64,000 nucleotides of DNA from Patescibacteria group bacterium. Lineage in GTDB: Bacteria; Patescibacteriota; UBA1384; XYA2-FULL-43-10; 1-14-0-10-43-13. Below are positions 1-10,063 of the stretch, piece after piece; position 1 is the stretch's first letter, and the number at the start of each line of letters is the position of its first letter. The position numbers and the translations under genes are program-made. Below the pieces are notes generated by a model. The model was given only the letters and a program-made list of their open reading frames with translations, searched no databases and was not told the DNA's origin. The stretch covers positions 543,234-607,233 of the forward strand of contig JBAZBD010000001.1 of NCBI GenBank assembly GCA_041671645.1, in the 5' to 3' direction.

Positions 1-29
1 GCTGGATGCTTAATTGTTTCTTCGCTCAT
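1..29 (-). CDS. 5' end of a gene running off the window (MSEETIKHP...), possibly a ribonucleotide reductase downstream of nrdR
   Basis: ATG at 29 preceded by AAAGGAGA RBS right after the nrdR stop; product is inferred only from context. Confidence 0.5.
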
Positions 30-40
30 ATTTCTCCTTT

Positions 41-493
41 TTAATTTTTATCTCTTTGTAATTTTTCTGCTTCCTTTTGGAACTTCGATGCTGATCCAAA
101 ACTCTTGTAAACTGATAGAAATCTCAAATATCCCACCTCATCGGCACCCTTCAGCTTATCAATACAGAATTTACCGATTTGTTTGCTGGCGATGTACTTG
201 GACTTCAATTTGGCAATTTCATGCTCTATGGCGTCAACAATGCCCTCAATTTGATTGGCCGAGACCGGACGTTTCTCTAACGCCAGATTGATACCACGAG
301 CTAGTTTACTTCTCGAATATTCTTCGATCACGCCGTTGCGTTTGACTACCTTAATCTTAGGAGATTCAATTCTCTCGTAGGTAGTAAATCTGAAGTGACA
401 GCGCAAACACTCTCGCCTTCTTCGAATAGTCCGGTCATCGTCTCTCGAATCAAGGACTTTGGTGTCAGATTTTTTACACTCTGGGCAGATCAT
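41..493 (-). CDS. nrdR: Transcriptional repressor NrdR
   Basis: MICPEC..TKVLDSR..IRRRRECLRC..RFTTYE Zn ribbon, ATP cone, YLRFLSVY. Confidence 0.97.
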   Translation of the reverse strand: MICPECKKSDTKVLDSRDDDRTIRRRRECLRCHFRFTTYERIESPKIKVVKRNGVIEEYSRSKLARGINLALEKRPVSANQIEGIVDAIEHEIAKLKSKYIASKQIGKFCIDKLKGADEVGYLRFLSVYKSFGSASKFQKEAEKLQRDKN

Positions 494-515
494 ATGCTAG
501 CATTCCGTCATTTAT

Positions 516-575
516 CTATATTCAGTGCCAAATTCACTCTAACTACATATTAAACTACTAGATATGGATGGTCAA
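516..575 (-). promoter_or_regulatory. sigma70 promoter with two putative NrdR boxes
   Basis: TTGACC(575-570)-17 bp-TAATAT(552-547); CTAGATATGG (558-567) and CTATATTCAG (516-525) each match 8/10 of the CWATATATWG core and lie 42 bp apart. Confidence 0.6.
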
Positions 576-604
576 TAAAAAGTAGGCCCCTTGGCCTATT
601 TTTC
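576..604 (-). terminator. Intrinsic terminator after ftsZ
   Basis: TAGGCC-cctt-GGCCTA hairpin flanked by A and T runs. Confidence 0.65.
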
Positions 605-609
605 GTGTT

Positions 610-1761
610 CTATTTCAGTTTTCTTCGTATAAATGCTGGTACTTCTAGTTCGCCTTCGTCATCTTCCTCGTCCTTCTCAAGCGGCCTTGCTGGCTCTGGC
701 TCGGCGTACATGTACTGTCTTTCGTTTCGTCTGAGCATCTGAGAGGCTGGAATTTCTGCCTGAGGTCGCTCGTTTGGTGCGAATATTTTCTTCTGTGTTC
801 TGTTGGTTTCTGATTCAAATCCTGTCGCAATCACAGTAATTTTGACTTCGCCCTGCATCGCTTCATCGATGATTGCTCCGAAGATAATATTTGCATCAGG
901 GTCGGCAGCCTCAGTGATCGCTTTGGCGGCTTCATCAATTTCATACATTCCAAGATCTGGACCACCAGTAATGTTGAACAGGATTCCTTTGGCGCCATCG
1001 ATGGAAAGCTCGAGCAACGGAGAGTCAATAGCGGCGCGAGCGGCTTCGATTGCCCTATTGTCACCAGTGCCGTGACCGATGCCCATGAGGGCGCTACCGG
1101 CGTCTGCCATAATGGCTTTAACATCAGCAAAGTCTACATTGATCAAACCATGATAGATAATCAAGTCTGCAATACCTTGGACACCCTGACGAAGTACATC
1201 GTCTACGATGCCAAAAGCGTCGAAAAGAGATGTCTTTTTATCGATAACCTGCAATAATCTGTCGTTTGGAATAGTGATAAGAGTATCAACTTTTTCTTTC
1301 ATCTCGGCGATGCCAAGCTCTGCAATCTTCTTGCGTCTTTGGCCTTCGAAAGTGAAAGGCTTGGTAACAACACCAACTGTTAGAGCGCCTAATTCTTTGG
1401 CAATGTCTGCAACAAAAGGCGCTGCGCCAGTACCAGTACCACCGCCCATACCACAAGTGACGAAGACCATGTCAGCGCCCTTGAGCGCTTCGTAGACTTC
1501 TTCTTTGTTTTCCTCAATCGACTTTCGGCCGACTTCTGGATCTGCACCAGCACCCAAACCGCGAGTGGTCTCTTTGCCGATCTGTATTTTGATCGGTGCT
1601 TCGTTGAAAGCGAGAGCCTGCGAGTCTGTGTTAATGGCGATAAACTCAATACCACGCAACTTCGAATTAATCATCCGAGTGATCGCGCTCCCTCCAGAGC
1701 CGCCCACACCAACAACTTTAATGTTGGCGAAATTTGCTAGATCTGAGTTTTTCTCAATCAT
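610..1761 (-). CDS. ftsZ: Cell division protein FtsZ
   Basis: GGGTGTG tubulin motif, INVDFAD, C-terminal VPAFIRRK. Confidence 0.99.
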   Translation of the reverse strand: MIEKNSDLANFANIKVVGVGGSGGSAITRMINSKLRGIEFIAINTDSQALAFNEAPIKIQIGKETTRGLGAGADPEVGRKSIEENKEEVYEALKGADMVFVTCGMGGGTGTGAAPFVADIAKELGALTVGVVTKPFTFEGQRRKKIAELGIAEMKEKVDTLITIPNDRLLQVIDKKTSLFDAFGIVDDVLRQGVQGIADLIIYHGLINVDFADVKAIMADAGSALMGIGHGTGDNRAIEAARAAIDSPLLELSIDGAKGILFNITGGPDLGMYEIDEAAKAITEAADPDANIIFGAIIDEAMQGEVKITVIATGFESETNRTQKKIFAPNERPQAEIPASQMLRRNERQYMYAEPEPARPLEKDEEDDEGELEVPAFIRRKLK

Positions 1762-1877
1762 GCTGATCCTTATGGTATGAAAAGTTAATACAACCGTAAT
1801 ACTTTTTATGAAGTATATTCGTAATAAAATAATACTTCAAGAGAAATATAATGGCGAGAGTACTTTGGGTGGGGGCC

Positions 1878-3131
1878 TTACGGCATGAGATTCTTGAAAA
1901 TCGACTTTACCTTATCAATTACGTTATTAACTCCTGGTATATCGAGATTGAAATTCATACGATTTGGCTCGTGGCTTCTGTCTTTTCCCCAAAGCATCAG
2001 ACCTATGCTTGTAGAATATACTGGATCTCCGAGCTTGTCAATAAGTCCTGTGATCTCAATAATTGGCGAGCCAACTTTGGCCGGTAGACGCATTTTTTCT
2101 TTGGTCATTTCGACAATTCCCTGAATCTTGGACCCACCGCCGGTAAGCACTACCCCAGCGGGAAGGGCGTCTGTACAGTCGGCTTTGCGAAGATTTTCCT
2201 GTATTAGACTGAATATTTCAGAAAGCCTCGCTTCTATAATTTCAGAGACATATTTGGTCTTAACTTCACCATCTTCATGCTTGTCCAGCTTTGCGAGATC
2301 AATAGTGTCCTTCTCATCTACCTTGTCTGGTAAGGCGTATCCGTATTTCAATTTGATCAGATCTGCGAGGTCTAGGTTGGTACGAAGACCGATAGCGATG
2401 TCATTTGTGATATGAGTAGAACCAATAGGGATTACACCGCAAGTCGCGATCTCGCCGTCTTCATAGGCGGCATAGGAAGTGCTGGCGGCTCCGATATCAA
2501 CAAGGAGAGCGCCCATTTCAATTTGGCGCTTGGAAAGGAGTAGCTTGGCGGTTGCAAGAGGAGAAAAAACTAATTCTTCGACCCCGATATTTGCTTGGTC
2601 AACGGCTTTGATAAGTGATTTTACAGCGTTTGATGAAGCGGTCACAATATTAGAGACAACCTCAAGTCTGATTCCGGTCATGCCGATTGGATCTTTGATT
2701 ACTTCATTGCTATCAACGACAAAATTTTCGGGAATTACGTGAAGAACCTCGCGGTTAGACTTGGTTGGGATGGCGCGAGCAGCATCGATAGCCCGTCTGA
2801 CGTCGTCTTCACCGATCTGTCCGTTTTGGCTAGAGATGGCGATAATGCCTTTGCTCTCCTCGCTCTCGATAAACGGGCCAGAGATGCCAACAACAGCACC
2901 CTGTATTTGGCAACCGGACATTCTCTCGGCTTCGAGTACGGAACTGGTAATAGCAGAGACTGTTTCCTCAATATCGACAATAACACCCTTGCGGATGCCC
3001 TGGTTGGCGCTTTCGCCCAACCCGATAATATCAATATTACCTTCCTCGAATTTACCGACGCAGGTGATGACCTTAGTACTGCCAATATCTATGCCAACTG
3101 AGATGTTGCTTTCTCGCACGAAACCCTCCAA
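1878..3131 (-). CDS. ftsA: Cell division protein FtsA
   Basis: GIDIGSTKV, LVDIGA, VVLTGGGS actin-fold motifs; upstream of ftsZ. Confidence 0.97.
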   Translation of the reverse strand: MEGFVRESNISVGIDIGSTKVITCVGKFEEGNIDIIGLGESANQGIRKGVIVDIEETVSAITSSVLEAERMSGCQIQGAVVGISGPFIESEESKGIIAISSQNGQIGEDDVRRAIDAARAIPTKSNREVLHVIPENFVVDSNEVIKDPIGMTGIRLEVVSNIVTASSNAVKSLIKAVDQANIGVEELVFSPLATAKLLLSKRQIEMGALLVDIGAASTSYAAYEDGEIATCGVIPIGSTHITNDIAIGLRTNLDLADLIKLKYGYALPDKVDEKDTIDLAKLDKHEDGEVKTKYVSEIIEARLSEIFSLIQENLRKADCTDALPAGVVLTGGGSKIQGIVEMTKEKMRLPAKVGSPIIEITGLIDKLGDPVYSTSIGLMLWGKDRSHEPNRMNFNLDIPGVNNVIDKVKSIFKNLMP

Positions 3132-3182
3132 ATAATAACTAGCTTATTCACATTTTATTATAAAAGCCGCTACCTTGCAAGC

Positions 3183-3635
3183 CTAAAGGAGTCTTTTCAC
3201 GTAAGGCAGAAAGATCAGAATACCGACCACGATGGCAATTATTGCGCTGATTAGGACTGCACCTGCCATTGCATCTTTGGCCGCCTTGATCAATTTGTGA
3301 TTTCCGGGGTGGCAGACGTCAAACACCTTCTCGATGGCGGTATTTATGATCTCAATTGCGAAAACCAAGATCACGGCCATAAACAGGATAGCCAGCTCAA
3401 CTCGAGAGACTTCGAGGATGTAGGCCAGAACGCCAACAACTATGGTAATTACGGCGTGAACTCTAGCGTTTTGTTCTGATTTGAGAAGGAAGGAAACGCC
3501 CCTAATGGCATGGTCGAAACTGTCAAACAATCTTCGCACGCTGAAGGGTTTGTATTTGATCGGCTGTGAAGCTGTCTCTTCGCGATTTGCAGACTGATCT
3601 TTTTGGCAACATTTTTTATCTTCAACAGTTTCCAT
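3183..3635 (-). CDS. dgkA: Diacylglycerol/undecaprenol kinase family protein
   Basis: SFDHAIRG..EQNARVH..EIINTAIE..AKDAMAGAVL; ATG 3635 with AGGAGG RBS. Confidence 0.9.
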   Translation of the reverse strand: METVEDKKCCQKDQSANREETASQPIKYKPFSVRRLFDSFDHAIRGVSFLLKSEQNARVHAVITIVVGVLAYILEVSRVELAILFMAVILVFAIEIINTAIEKVFDVCHPGNHKLIKAAKDAMAGAVLISAIIAIVVGILIFLPYVKRLL

Positions 3636-3642
3636 AATCCTC

Positions 3643-4044
3643 CTATAAATTACAATCAATAATCTTGGCTTTTTGGTCCCAGAGCTGGGCGTCTTCCTCA
3701 TGATCGTATCCGAGCAGATGAATCAGGCCATGTTTGACGACGTCAGGGATTGATTCCTCTTTTTCCTCGACGATCTTGGCGCAAATTACAATCGAGCCCA
3801 GGAAATTCAGCTTCGGTTTAACGGGATTGAATTGCGGGAATGACAAAACATCAGTTGGTTTGTCGATATTTCGATATTTCTGGTTTAAATCGTGAATATG
3901 GGCCGTGTCTACAAAGTTTATTTCGACGAAGTAATTATTTACTCCAAATTTTTCGAGACAGGAAGAGACTAGCTCCTTGATCTCAAGATCAGTTGGCTCA
4001 GTAGTTTCAGAATTGAAATGATATATGTCTATAATATTTGTCAT
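3643..4044 (-). CDS. ybeY: rRNA maturation endoribonuclease YbeY
   Basis: LNQKYRNIDKPTDVLSFP and HGLIHLLGYDH. Confidence 0.95.
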   Translation of the reverse strand: MTNIIDIYHFNSETTEPTDLEIKELVSSCLEKFGVNNYFVEINFVDTAHIHDLNQKYRNIDKPTDVLSFPQFNPVKPKLNFLGSIVICAKIVEEKEESIPDVVKHGLIHLLGYDHEEDAQLWDQKAKIIDCNL

Positions 4045-4046
4045 AT

Positions 4047-4958
4047 TTAGCTTCGCAAGATTCGTTGATGATAGATTGAGTCAAGCGTCTCTAGGAGAGA
4101 GTCCTTCACAGTTTTAATATCATGCTCACTCATCCCAGAATTTTTGAGCTGCTTTTCCCTGATTTTGTCCGAAAAGGTATTCTCTACGATCTCACGAAAT
4201 AGTTCCTGGGTTAGAAATGGGACTGATCTGGTAGCTGCCTCGACGGAATCGGCAAGCATCAATATCGCTGATTCACGAGTGGTCGGGGTAGGACCTTCGT
4301 ATTTTAGGTCAGTTCTCTTCACCTTCAGTTTGCGCTCTTTGGCCATCTCGTAAAAAAATAGTACCGAAGTTGTGCCATGGTGTTCTTTGATCATCTCTAT
4401 AATCTCGATAGGGAGATGATTTTCGCTGGCGATTTGTACTCCGTTTTTGACGTGCGAGATGATTTTTTGCGCCTGAGAAGCGATATTCTCAGAATCATAA
4501 GTCTTGGGGATTTCTTCGCCTGATTGATTTTCAATATAGAGTGTCGGAGCATCAAGTTTGCCAAGGTCGTGATAATACGACGCAACTCGAGTCAATAGGG
4601 CGTCTGCGCCTATTGCTTTGGCTGCCTTCTGGGCTAGTATCGAGACGTTGATCACATGGTGGAAGGTACCTGGTGCTTCATATGACATCCGAAGCATCAA
4701 GGGGTGTGACAGGCTCTCGAACCTAATAAGGCGATGGTTCTTCTTGATGCTCTCGGCCAGGATCGGGTCAATCATAGTTAGGATGATTAGATTGAGAGCA
4801 ACCGAGACCAACGCTCCAAGGGTAATTGCAAGGACAAGAAACATTCCGCTAACCGCAAAAATATTTGAGATTAACAAAATTAACCCCATAATTATTGCGG
4901 TGGCAATTGTGAGAATAATTGGGAAAACTACCAAAATTTTTGGTGATCCCTGTTTCAT
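4047..4958 (-). CDS. Membrane-anchored HDIG-domain phosphohydrolase (short PgpH/7TM-HD-like)
   Basis: APGTFHH..YYHDLGK..YIENQ..HHGT..MLADSVEAA; two N-terminal TM segments; next to ybeY. Confidence 0.85.
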   Translation of the reverse strand: MKQGSPKILVVFPIILTIATAIIMGLILLISNIFAVSGMFLVLAITLGALVSVALNLIILTMIDPILAESIKKNHRLIRFESLSHPLMLRMSYEAPGTFHHVINVSILAQKAAKAIGADALLTRVASYYHDLGKLDAPTLYIENQSGEEIPKTYDSENIASQAQKIISHVKNGVQIASENHLPIEIIEMIKEHHGTTSVLFFYEMAKERKLKVKRTDLKYEGPTPTTRESAILMLADSVEAATRSVPFLTQELFREIVENTFSDKIREKQLKNSGMSEHDIKTVKDSLLETLDSIYHQRILRS

Positions 4959-4959
4959 T

Positions 4960-5406
4960 TTATTTATTTAGAAGTTCTCGGACAATTTTTGAGACGAGGC
5001 CACCATCGGCCTGGCCGTTTGTCTTCCCTATGACTGCGCCCATGGCGCGTCCCATATCTTTCATCTCTGTAATGCCGAGATCTTGCAATGTCTCCACGGC
5101 AATTCCGCGGATAACATCTTCTGACATCTCTGCTGGGAGGTAAGCTTCGATAATTTTGGACTCTGAAAGCTCTTTTTCTGCACTATCAGGTCGACCAGCG
5201 TCGCTATACTCCTTGGCTGAATCTTGTCTCTGTTTGACTTCTTTCCGAAGCACTTTGAACGCTTCTTCTTCGGTAAGATTATCTTTTTTCTCGATAGATT
5301 TATTTTTGAGTGAACTTTTGAGCAATCTCAAAACAGACGTTTTTAACTCGTCGTGTGCCTTGTAGGCTGTGAGAAAATCAGCGTCGATCTGTTCGATCAA
5401 ACTCAT
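4960..5406 (-). CDS. GatB/YqeY domain protein
   Basis: LRLLKSSL..KQRQDS..YLPAEMSE..DMGRAMG..ADGGLVS; follows rpsU. Confidence 0.92.
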   Translation of the reverse strand: MSLIEQIDADFLTAYKAHDELKTSVLRLLKSSLKNKSIEKKDNLTEEEAFKVLRKEVKQRQDSAKEYSDAGRPDSAEKELSESKIIEAYLPAEMSEDVIRGIAVETLQDLGITEMKDMGRAMGAVIGKTNGQADGGLVSKIVRELLNK

Positions 5407-5407
5407 A

Positions 5408-5602
5408 TTACCAACCGCGTTTAAGCTTATTAATTTCACTTCTTCGGACAGCAAGTTTGCGCTTCATGCCACGATTTAGATCTTTTTCAAAAAAGCGTCG
5501 GCCTTTGGCCACAGTTAAAACACCGCTTTGTTGAACTTCGCGGTTGAATCTGCGGACTAAAATATCAATACGTTCCTCTCCTTTGCGTTTGACCTCGATC
5601 AA
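5408..5602 (-). CDS. rpsU: 30S ribosomal protein S21
   Basis: VKRKGEERIDILVRRFNREVQQSGVL..RRFFEK; TTG start. Confidence 0.9.
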   Translation of the reverse strand: MIEVKRKGEERIDILVRRFNREVQQSGVLTVAKGRRFFEKDLNRGMKRKLAVRRSEINKLKRGW

Positions 5603-5703
5603 GAGTAATCACCACCTTCCGAATGTGTTCTGCACAACAGCAGAACGATTTATGATGCTCATATTATATCGGAAAAATCCAAAAATCGCAAGGTGCGAAG
5701 AGC

Positions 5704-6045
5704 TTAACAAATGTCTCCAAGTTTGCCGCCTCCCAGGAGATGGAAATGGAGATGCGGGACGGCTTGACTGGCATCAGGTCCAGTGTTAGAAACTACGCGA
5801 AAGCCAGACTTGTCGATGCCCAGATCTTGGGCAATTTTGCCCGCCGCAATCATAATGTCAGCGACGATATCCGCATTTTCTCCGTTCAATGAGCCAATTG
5901 AATCAATATGAATTTTGGGAATTATCACTATGTGAGATGGGGCCTTCGGGGCAATGTCCCGAAAGGCAATTATTTTGTCGTCTTCAAATACTATATCTGC
6001 CTTAATTTCATGCTGAGCAATCTTACAAAAAATACAATCGGCCAT
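5704..6045 (-). CDS. HIT family nucleotide hydrolase
   Basis: DCIFCKI..HLHFHLLGG histidine triad. Confidence 0.95.
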   Translation of the reverse strand: MADCIFCKIAQHEIKADIVFEDDKIIAFRDIAPKAPSHIVIIPKIHIDSIGSLNGENADIVADIMIAAGKIAQDLGIDKSGFRVVSNTGPDASQAVPHLHFHLLGGGKLGDIC

Positions 6046-6056
6046 AAGTACTCCCT

Positions 6057-6536
6057 TTAAGTTAATGAGATAAGCCATTTACGAAAGCTGAAAGCTTTGC
6101 GTCTAATTATTCGACGTCTGACAAGATTGGCCTCGCCTATGATTTTGGGCCACTCTTGTTTGAGCCAGAGTTTTTGCGCCTTTAGCTGATCTCCCAATCC
6201 CCTATTCTTGAGCTCCGTGTCGACTATTCCGCCATGGTGTGGATACCTCGAAAACTTGGGCAAGGGCGAAGCGAAGCCATGAGCATAATGGCACAATTCA
6301 TGGGCAATCGTGCTTGCGACGATGTATTCTGGTACATTTTTGTCTCGAAAATAGCCAGTAATAGTAATTATGGTGCGTGAATTTTTGTCTCTTGGGGCGA
6401 CTTGTCGGATACTACCCAATCTTCTCTTGGCGGTGCGCCCGAAGCTGATGGTCACGTCATTGGGGCGCTCCACATCAGCAAAATATTGTTGCCAAGTTTC
6501 GTTCAGTAATTTTAGAAGCCAGACGTGTGATCTCAT
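6057..6536 (-). CDS. SprT-like zinc metalloprotease
   Basis: RRLGSI..TIAHELCHYAHG..YPHHGG (HExxH). Confidence 0.7.
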   Translation of the reverse strand: MRSHVWLLKLLNETWQQYFADVERPNDVTISFGRTAKRRLGSIRQVAPRDKNSRTIITITGYFRDKNVPEYIVASTIAHELCHYAHGFASPLPKFSRYPHHGGIVDTELKNRGLGDQLKAQKLWLKQEWPKIIGEANLVRRRIIRRKAFSFRKWLISLT

Positions 6537-6749
6537 ATCCCATATTATCGTTAAAATTGTCGGAATAATCAAATCGTGCTTGACATCAAGGTACTGTATG
6601 GGTTAGTATACACAACTGTTGGATATATTAGGCTTACTGCTATTGACATTGAGCATGAAATGTGCTAATATATACACATGACTTGGAGGTAAAGCCCCAA
6701 GTTTTTTTAATTAAAAAAGGTTTCTGGTGCAAGGCTCTTTCTTCTGAAT

Positions 6750-7499
6750 ATGGCGGCCGAAACTCCAGAATATATAATGACTCTTCTTCTGAAGAGGGTG
6801 CGCGACTTTGTGTGGAGGGCAAAAAATGGTTTCATCTCAATTTGGAACAACAAGAAAATCATACCACTATTTCCAATGGTGGCTATTACTTTTAGTATGT
6901 TCCCTGTCGTCCCTACAAATTCGATTGCTTCGGTTGACCCGATTAGTTCCACGATCCAGCTTGATCTAAAGTCTGGCTCTGTATTGTCGGTAGTCAAACC
7001 AAGCTCGATTATCACCCCAGGTGAATCGACTGTTCAGCGCCTTGAGCGAGAACAAAATGAAGCTTTGGCTCGTGCCAAGGCCGATGCTGCAGCGAAAGCT
7101 GTTGCTTCTAGAAACACCGTTTCTCGTGAAAGACGTGTCTATACCGATCCAACGGATTTTGACACGATTTATCATCGTGCCGAAGCAAGCATTGGTGTAG
7201 ACTGGAAACTGCTCAAATCGATCCATATTGCCGAGACCGGCGCTTCTGGTTCTTCCGGAATTGCCAATAAGTCTGGCGCGACTGGACCGATGCAGTTCTT
7301 GCCCTCTACTTTTCGTCGACATGCAGTTGACGGTAATGGAGACGGCATCTTGGATATTACCAACGTAGAAGATGCAATCTTCTCTGCGGCTCAATATCTA
7401 AAAGATTGCGGTTACCCAAATGTGAAACAAGCTTTGTGGGGCTATAACCCTTCGACAAGCTACTTCAACAAGGTTACTCGCATATATAACGGACTTTAA
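6750..7499 (+). CDS. Secreted lytic transglycosylase (SLT/lysozyme-like)
   Basis: IHIAETG..SGATGPMQFLPSTF..DGNGDG..DAIFSAAQYL..GYN; start could be ATG 6777. Confidence 0.88.
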   Translation: MAAETPEYIMTLLLKRVRDFVWRAKNGFISIWNNKKIIPLFPMVAITFSMFPVVPTNSIASVDPISSTIQLDLKSGSVLSVVKPSSIITPGESTVQRLEREQNEALARAKADAAAKAVASRNTVSRERRVYTDPTDFDTIYHRAEASIGVDWKLLKSIHIAETGASGSSGIANKSGATGPMQFLPSTFRRHAVDGNGDGILDITNVEDAIFSAAQYLKDCGYPNVKQALWGYNPSTSYFNKVTRIYNGL

Positions 7500-7508
7500 C
7501 GATTACAT

Positions 7509-7544
7509 TAAAAAAGGACCCAGGCGAAAGCTCGGGTCCTTTTT
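7509..7544. terminator. Bidirectional intrinsic terminator between transglycosylase and eno
   Basis: AAAAAGGACCC..gaaa..GGGTCCTTTTT. Confidence 0.85.
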
Positions 7545-7563
7545 GTAACCAAAATATTTAATT

Positions 7564-8853
7564 TTAGACTCTTTGCCACGGGGCCAGAGTGCATTTTCCC
7601 TGATTTTTCTCTTCAATTTCCAATATTCTGTTGTACTTAGCTGTTCTCTCCGAGCGACAGGGCGAACCGGATTTGAGGGTACCGCAACCTGAGGCGATGG
7701 CTAAATCTGCGATGAAATTGTCCTCAGTCTCGCCCGAACGGTGTGAGACTACCACGCGAAAGCCAGCGTCCTCAGCAATTCGAATCGTCTCAAGCGTTTC
7801 GGTCAGCGTACCGATCTGGTTGGGTTTGATCAAAATTCCAGTCGAGGCGTGCTCAGCAATCCCTTTCTTCAGAAGCTCAACGTTAGTGGTGTAGATTTCG
7901 TCGCCGATAATCTCAACCTTCTCCCCAACCTGCTGGGTAATATCCTTCCAGCCATCCCAGTCGGCCTGATCAAGTGGATCCTCGATCGAGACAATTGGGT
8001 ATTTGTCGCACCACATGGTATAAAATTCGACTAATTCGTGCGATATTAGCGAGCGATTTTCTCGATGGAGTTCGTAAAAGCCCTCTTTTGAGAAGAAACG
8101 ACTTGCGGCGGGATCGAGCGCAATGAAGACATTCTCCCCTGCTTCATAGCCTGCTTCTCCAATGGCTAGCATCAGAAGCTCCATTGCTTGCTCGTTTGAG
8201 AAGAGAGAAGGCGCATATCCGCCCTCGTCACCAACCAGTGGCTGGTAATTGCGATCCTCTAGAATCTTGCCAAGGGTGTGGAAAATTTCGGTGCCAACAC
8301 GAAGTGACTCACGAAAACTGGGGAATTTGGTTGGGACAATCATAAACTCCTGAAAATCAGTTGATCCCAGGGCGTGTTTGCCACCGTTTAATATGTTCAT
8401 CAGCGGAATCGGAAGCGTGAGAGTATCGAGTTTGCGGTCCATCAAAGAAGCCAAGTACATGTAGAGCGGCATTTTTTGACTCTTGGCCGTAGCTTTGGCG
8501 GCGGCAAGCGATACGGATAATATTGCATTGGCCCCGAGGCGAGATTTGTTCTTAGTGCCATCCAATTCGATCATTCTCTGATCGATTACAGCTAGATTTG
8601 AGGTGTCGGCGCCTATGAGCGAGCTCCGGATCTCGTTGTTTACGTTGCTGACCGCCTTGAGCACGCCTTTGCCGCCAAACCGCGCAATGTCCTCATCGCG
8701 TAGCTCCAAGCACTCCGAGGCGCTCTTGGAGGCGCCTGAGGGTACATAACCCAAGGCATAGGTCCCGTCATCGAGCAAAATTTCGCAAGCAACAGTAGGC
8801 CATCCTCGTGAATCGAGAATTTCACGTGCATGAATATCTGATATTTTTGCCAT
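7564..8853 (-). CDS. eno: Enolase
   Basis: AREILDSRG, VPSGAS, GDEGG, SHRSGETED, ERTAKYN. Confidence 0.98.
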   Translation of the reverse strand: MAKISDIHAREILDSRGWPTVACEILLDDGTYALGYVPSGASKSASECLELRDEDIARFGGKGVLKAVSNVNNEIRSSLIGADTSNLAVIDQRMIELDGTKNKSRLGANAILSVSLAAAKATAKSQKMPLYMYLASLMDRKLDTLTLPIPLMNILNGGKHALGSTDFQEFMIVPTKFPSFRESLRVGTEIFHTLGKILEDRNYQPLVGDEGGYAPSLFSNEQAMELLMLAIGEAGYEAGENVFIALDPAASRFFSKEGFYELHRENRSLISHELVEFYTMWCDKYPIVSIEDPLDQADWDGWKDITQQVGEKVEIIGDEIYTTNVELLKKGIAEHASTGILIKPNQIGTLTETLETIRIAEDAGFRVVVSHRSGETEDNFIADLAIASGCGTLKSGSPCRSERTAKYNRILEIEEKNQGKCTLAPWQRV

Positions 8854-8903
8854 TTTCCCTCCAGAAATTGAATATTTATAAGGTAAGTAGTGCGCTTGTT
8901 GTC

Positions 8904-10055
8904 TTATTCTACGGTCAAGCTCTGACCCGTCTCACCGTTCAAGACGCTAATCCATGTCTGTCCTCTGTCAAAGACGACTTCAGCGCCACTTGCGTCGTAG
9001 AAAAGCTCTCTCTCAGTCTTGGAATTCTTTTTCCATGTTCCGATTGTTTCCTTGCCGTCGATAAAGATATGTGCGGCCCCGGTGCCGATATTGGTCATGT
9101 CGTAGCCGCTTTCGTTGATCTTGGTAACTGTCGATTTGCGCTTGACTGTCATAACAATGACGTTCTTGGGGCTGAGCTGATTTTTGGTAACTCGGTCAAC
9201 GTGAGCCGTGCCAGCCAGATAGCGCTTGTAAGAATTGGTAACCTTGTCATATTCAAAGACGACTTTGTAGGATGTATTTGAGAAATCGATCGTAATCTTC
9301 TGTTTTTCGGGCAAAGCCAGCCGATCGGCTCCCTCTGGCTCCTCTTTGAATTTGTAGACATTAAAATTGTTGGCTGTTGGGTAGCCAAGCTCGGTTGCTT
9401 TGTCCCAAAGTTTACTGGTCGAAGTGAAGGCAGTGTGCTCACTCGCGACACCACTTCCCTCTCGCCAATATGGTGCAGAGTATGCGAATTGGTCGAGATC
9501 ATAAACTTTGTCGGCCTTGATCTTGTCAAGAGCGTCAATATTGCCACCAACATGGCCCAAGTATGCATTGTAACCAAGGGCCCAATCAACATAGTATGTA
9601 CGTGCAGAGCGAACTGGGCCAACTTTTTCGGCTTGGTAGGTGCCAAAAAGAGCGAGAAAACGAGTAATTCCACCTTCAGCGATTGCTTCATAGATGATGC
9701 TGGCCTTGTCCAGTCCGGCTTGGGGTCTAGCATCAGGATGATTTTCTACAATTATTGCCAATGGGTGCCTCAAGCTTGAGCTCTGATCTGTGGAAATCCC
9801 GTCGAGAATTGCTGGATATCCGACAGCAACGGCTTCTGGAGTCGCGGTTTTCTCTGCTTCCGGCTTGGGCGCTTCAGGCTTGTCACGGAGAGTGAAAAAA
9901 AGGCCGAGGCCGACTGCAACGAGAATTATAATTATGGCTCCAATAATGATTGAAAGCTTCTTGTGTGTCTTGATATAAATTATAAATTTTGACCAGAAGT
10001 CAGTGATTTTTCTCCAAAAAAACTTCTTTTCGTAATTTTTGATTAGCTCGTCCAT
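8904..10055 (-). CDS. DUF3048 family membrane-anchored protein
   Basis: ENHPDARPQAGL..EGGITRF..GPVRSAR; one TM helix. Confidence 0.85.
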   Translation of the reverse strand: MDELIKNYEKKFFWRKITDFWSKFIIYIKTHKKLSIIIGAIIIILVAVGLGLFFTLRDKPEAPKPEAEKTATPEAVAVGYPAILDGISTDQSSSLRHPLAIIVENHPDARPQAGLDKASIIYEAIAEGGITRFLALFGTYQAEKVGPVRSARTYYVDWALGYNAYLGHVGGNIDALDKIKADKVYDLDQFAYSAPYWREGSGVASEHTAFTSTSKLWDKATELGYPTANNFNVYKFKEEPEGADRLALPEKQKITIDFSNTSYKVVFEYDKVTNSYKRYLAGTAHVDRVTKNQLSPKNVIVMTVKRKSTVTKINESGYDMTNIGTGAAHIFIDGKETIGTWKKNSKTERELFYDASGAEVVFDRGQTWISVLNGETGQSLTVE

Positions 10056-10063
10056 TTTTCCCT

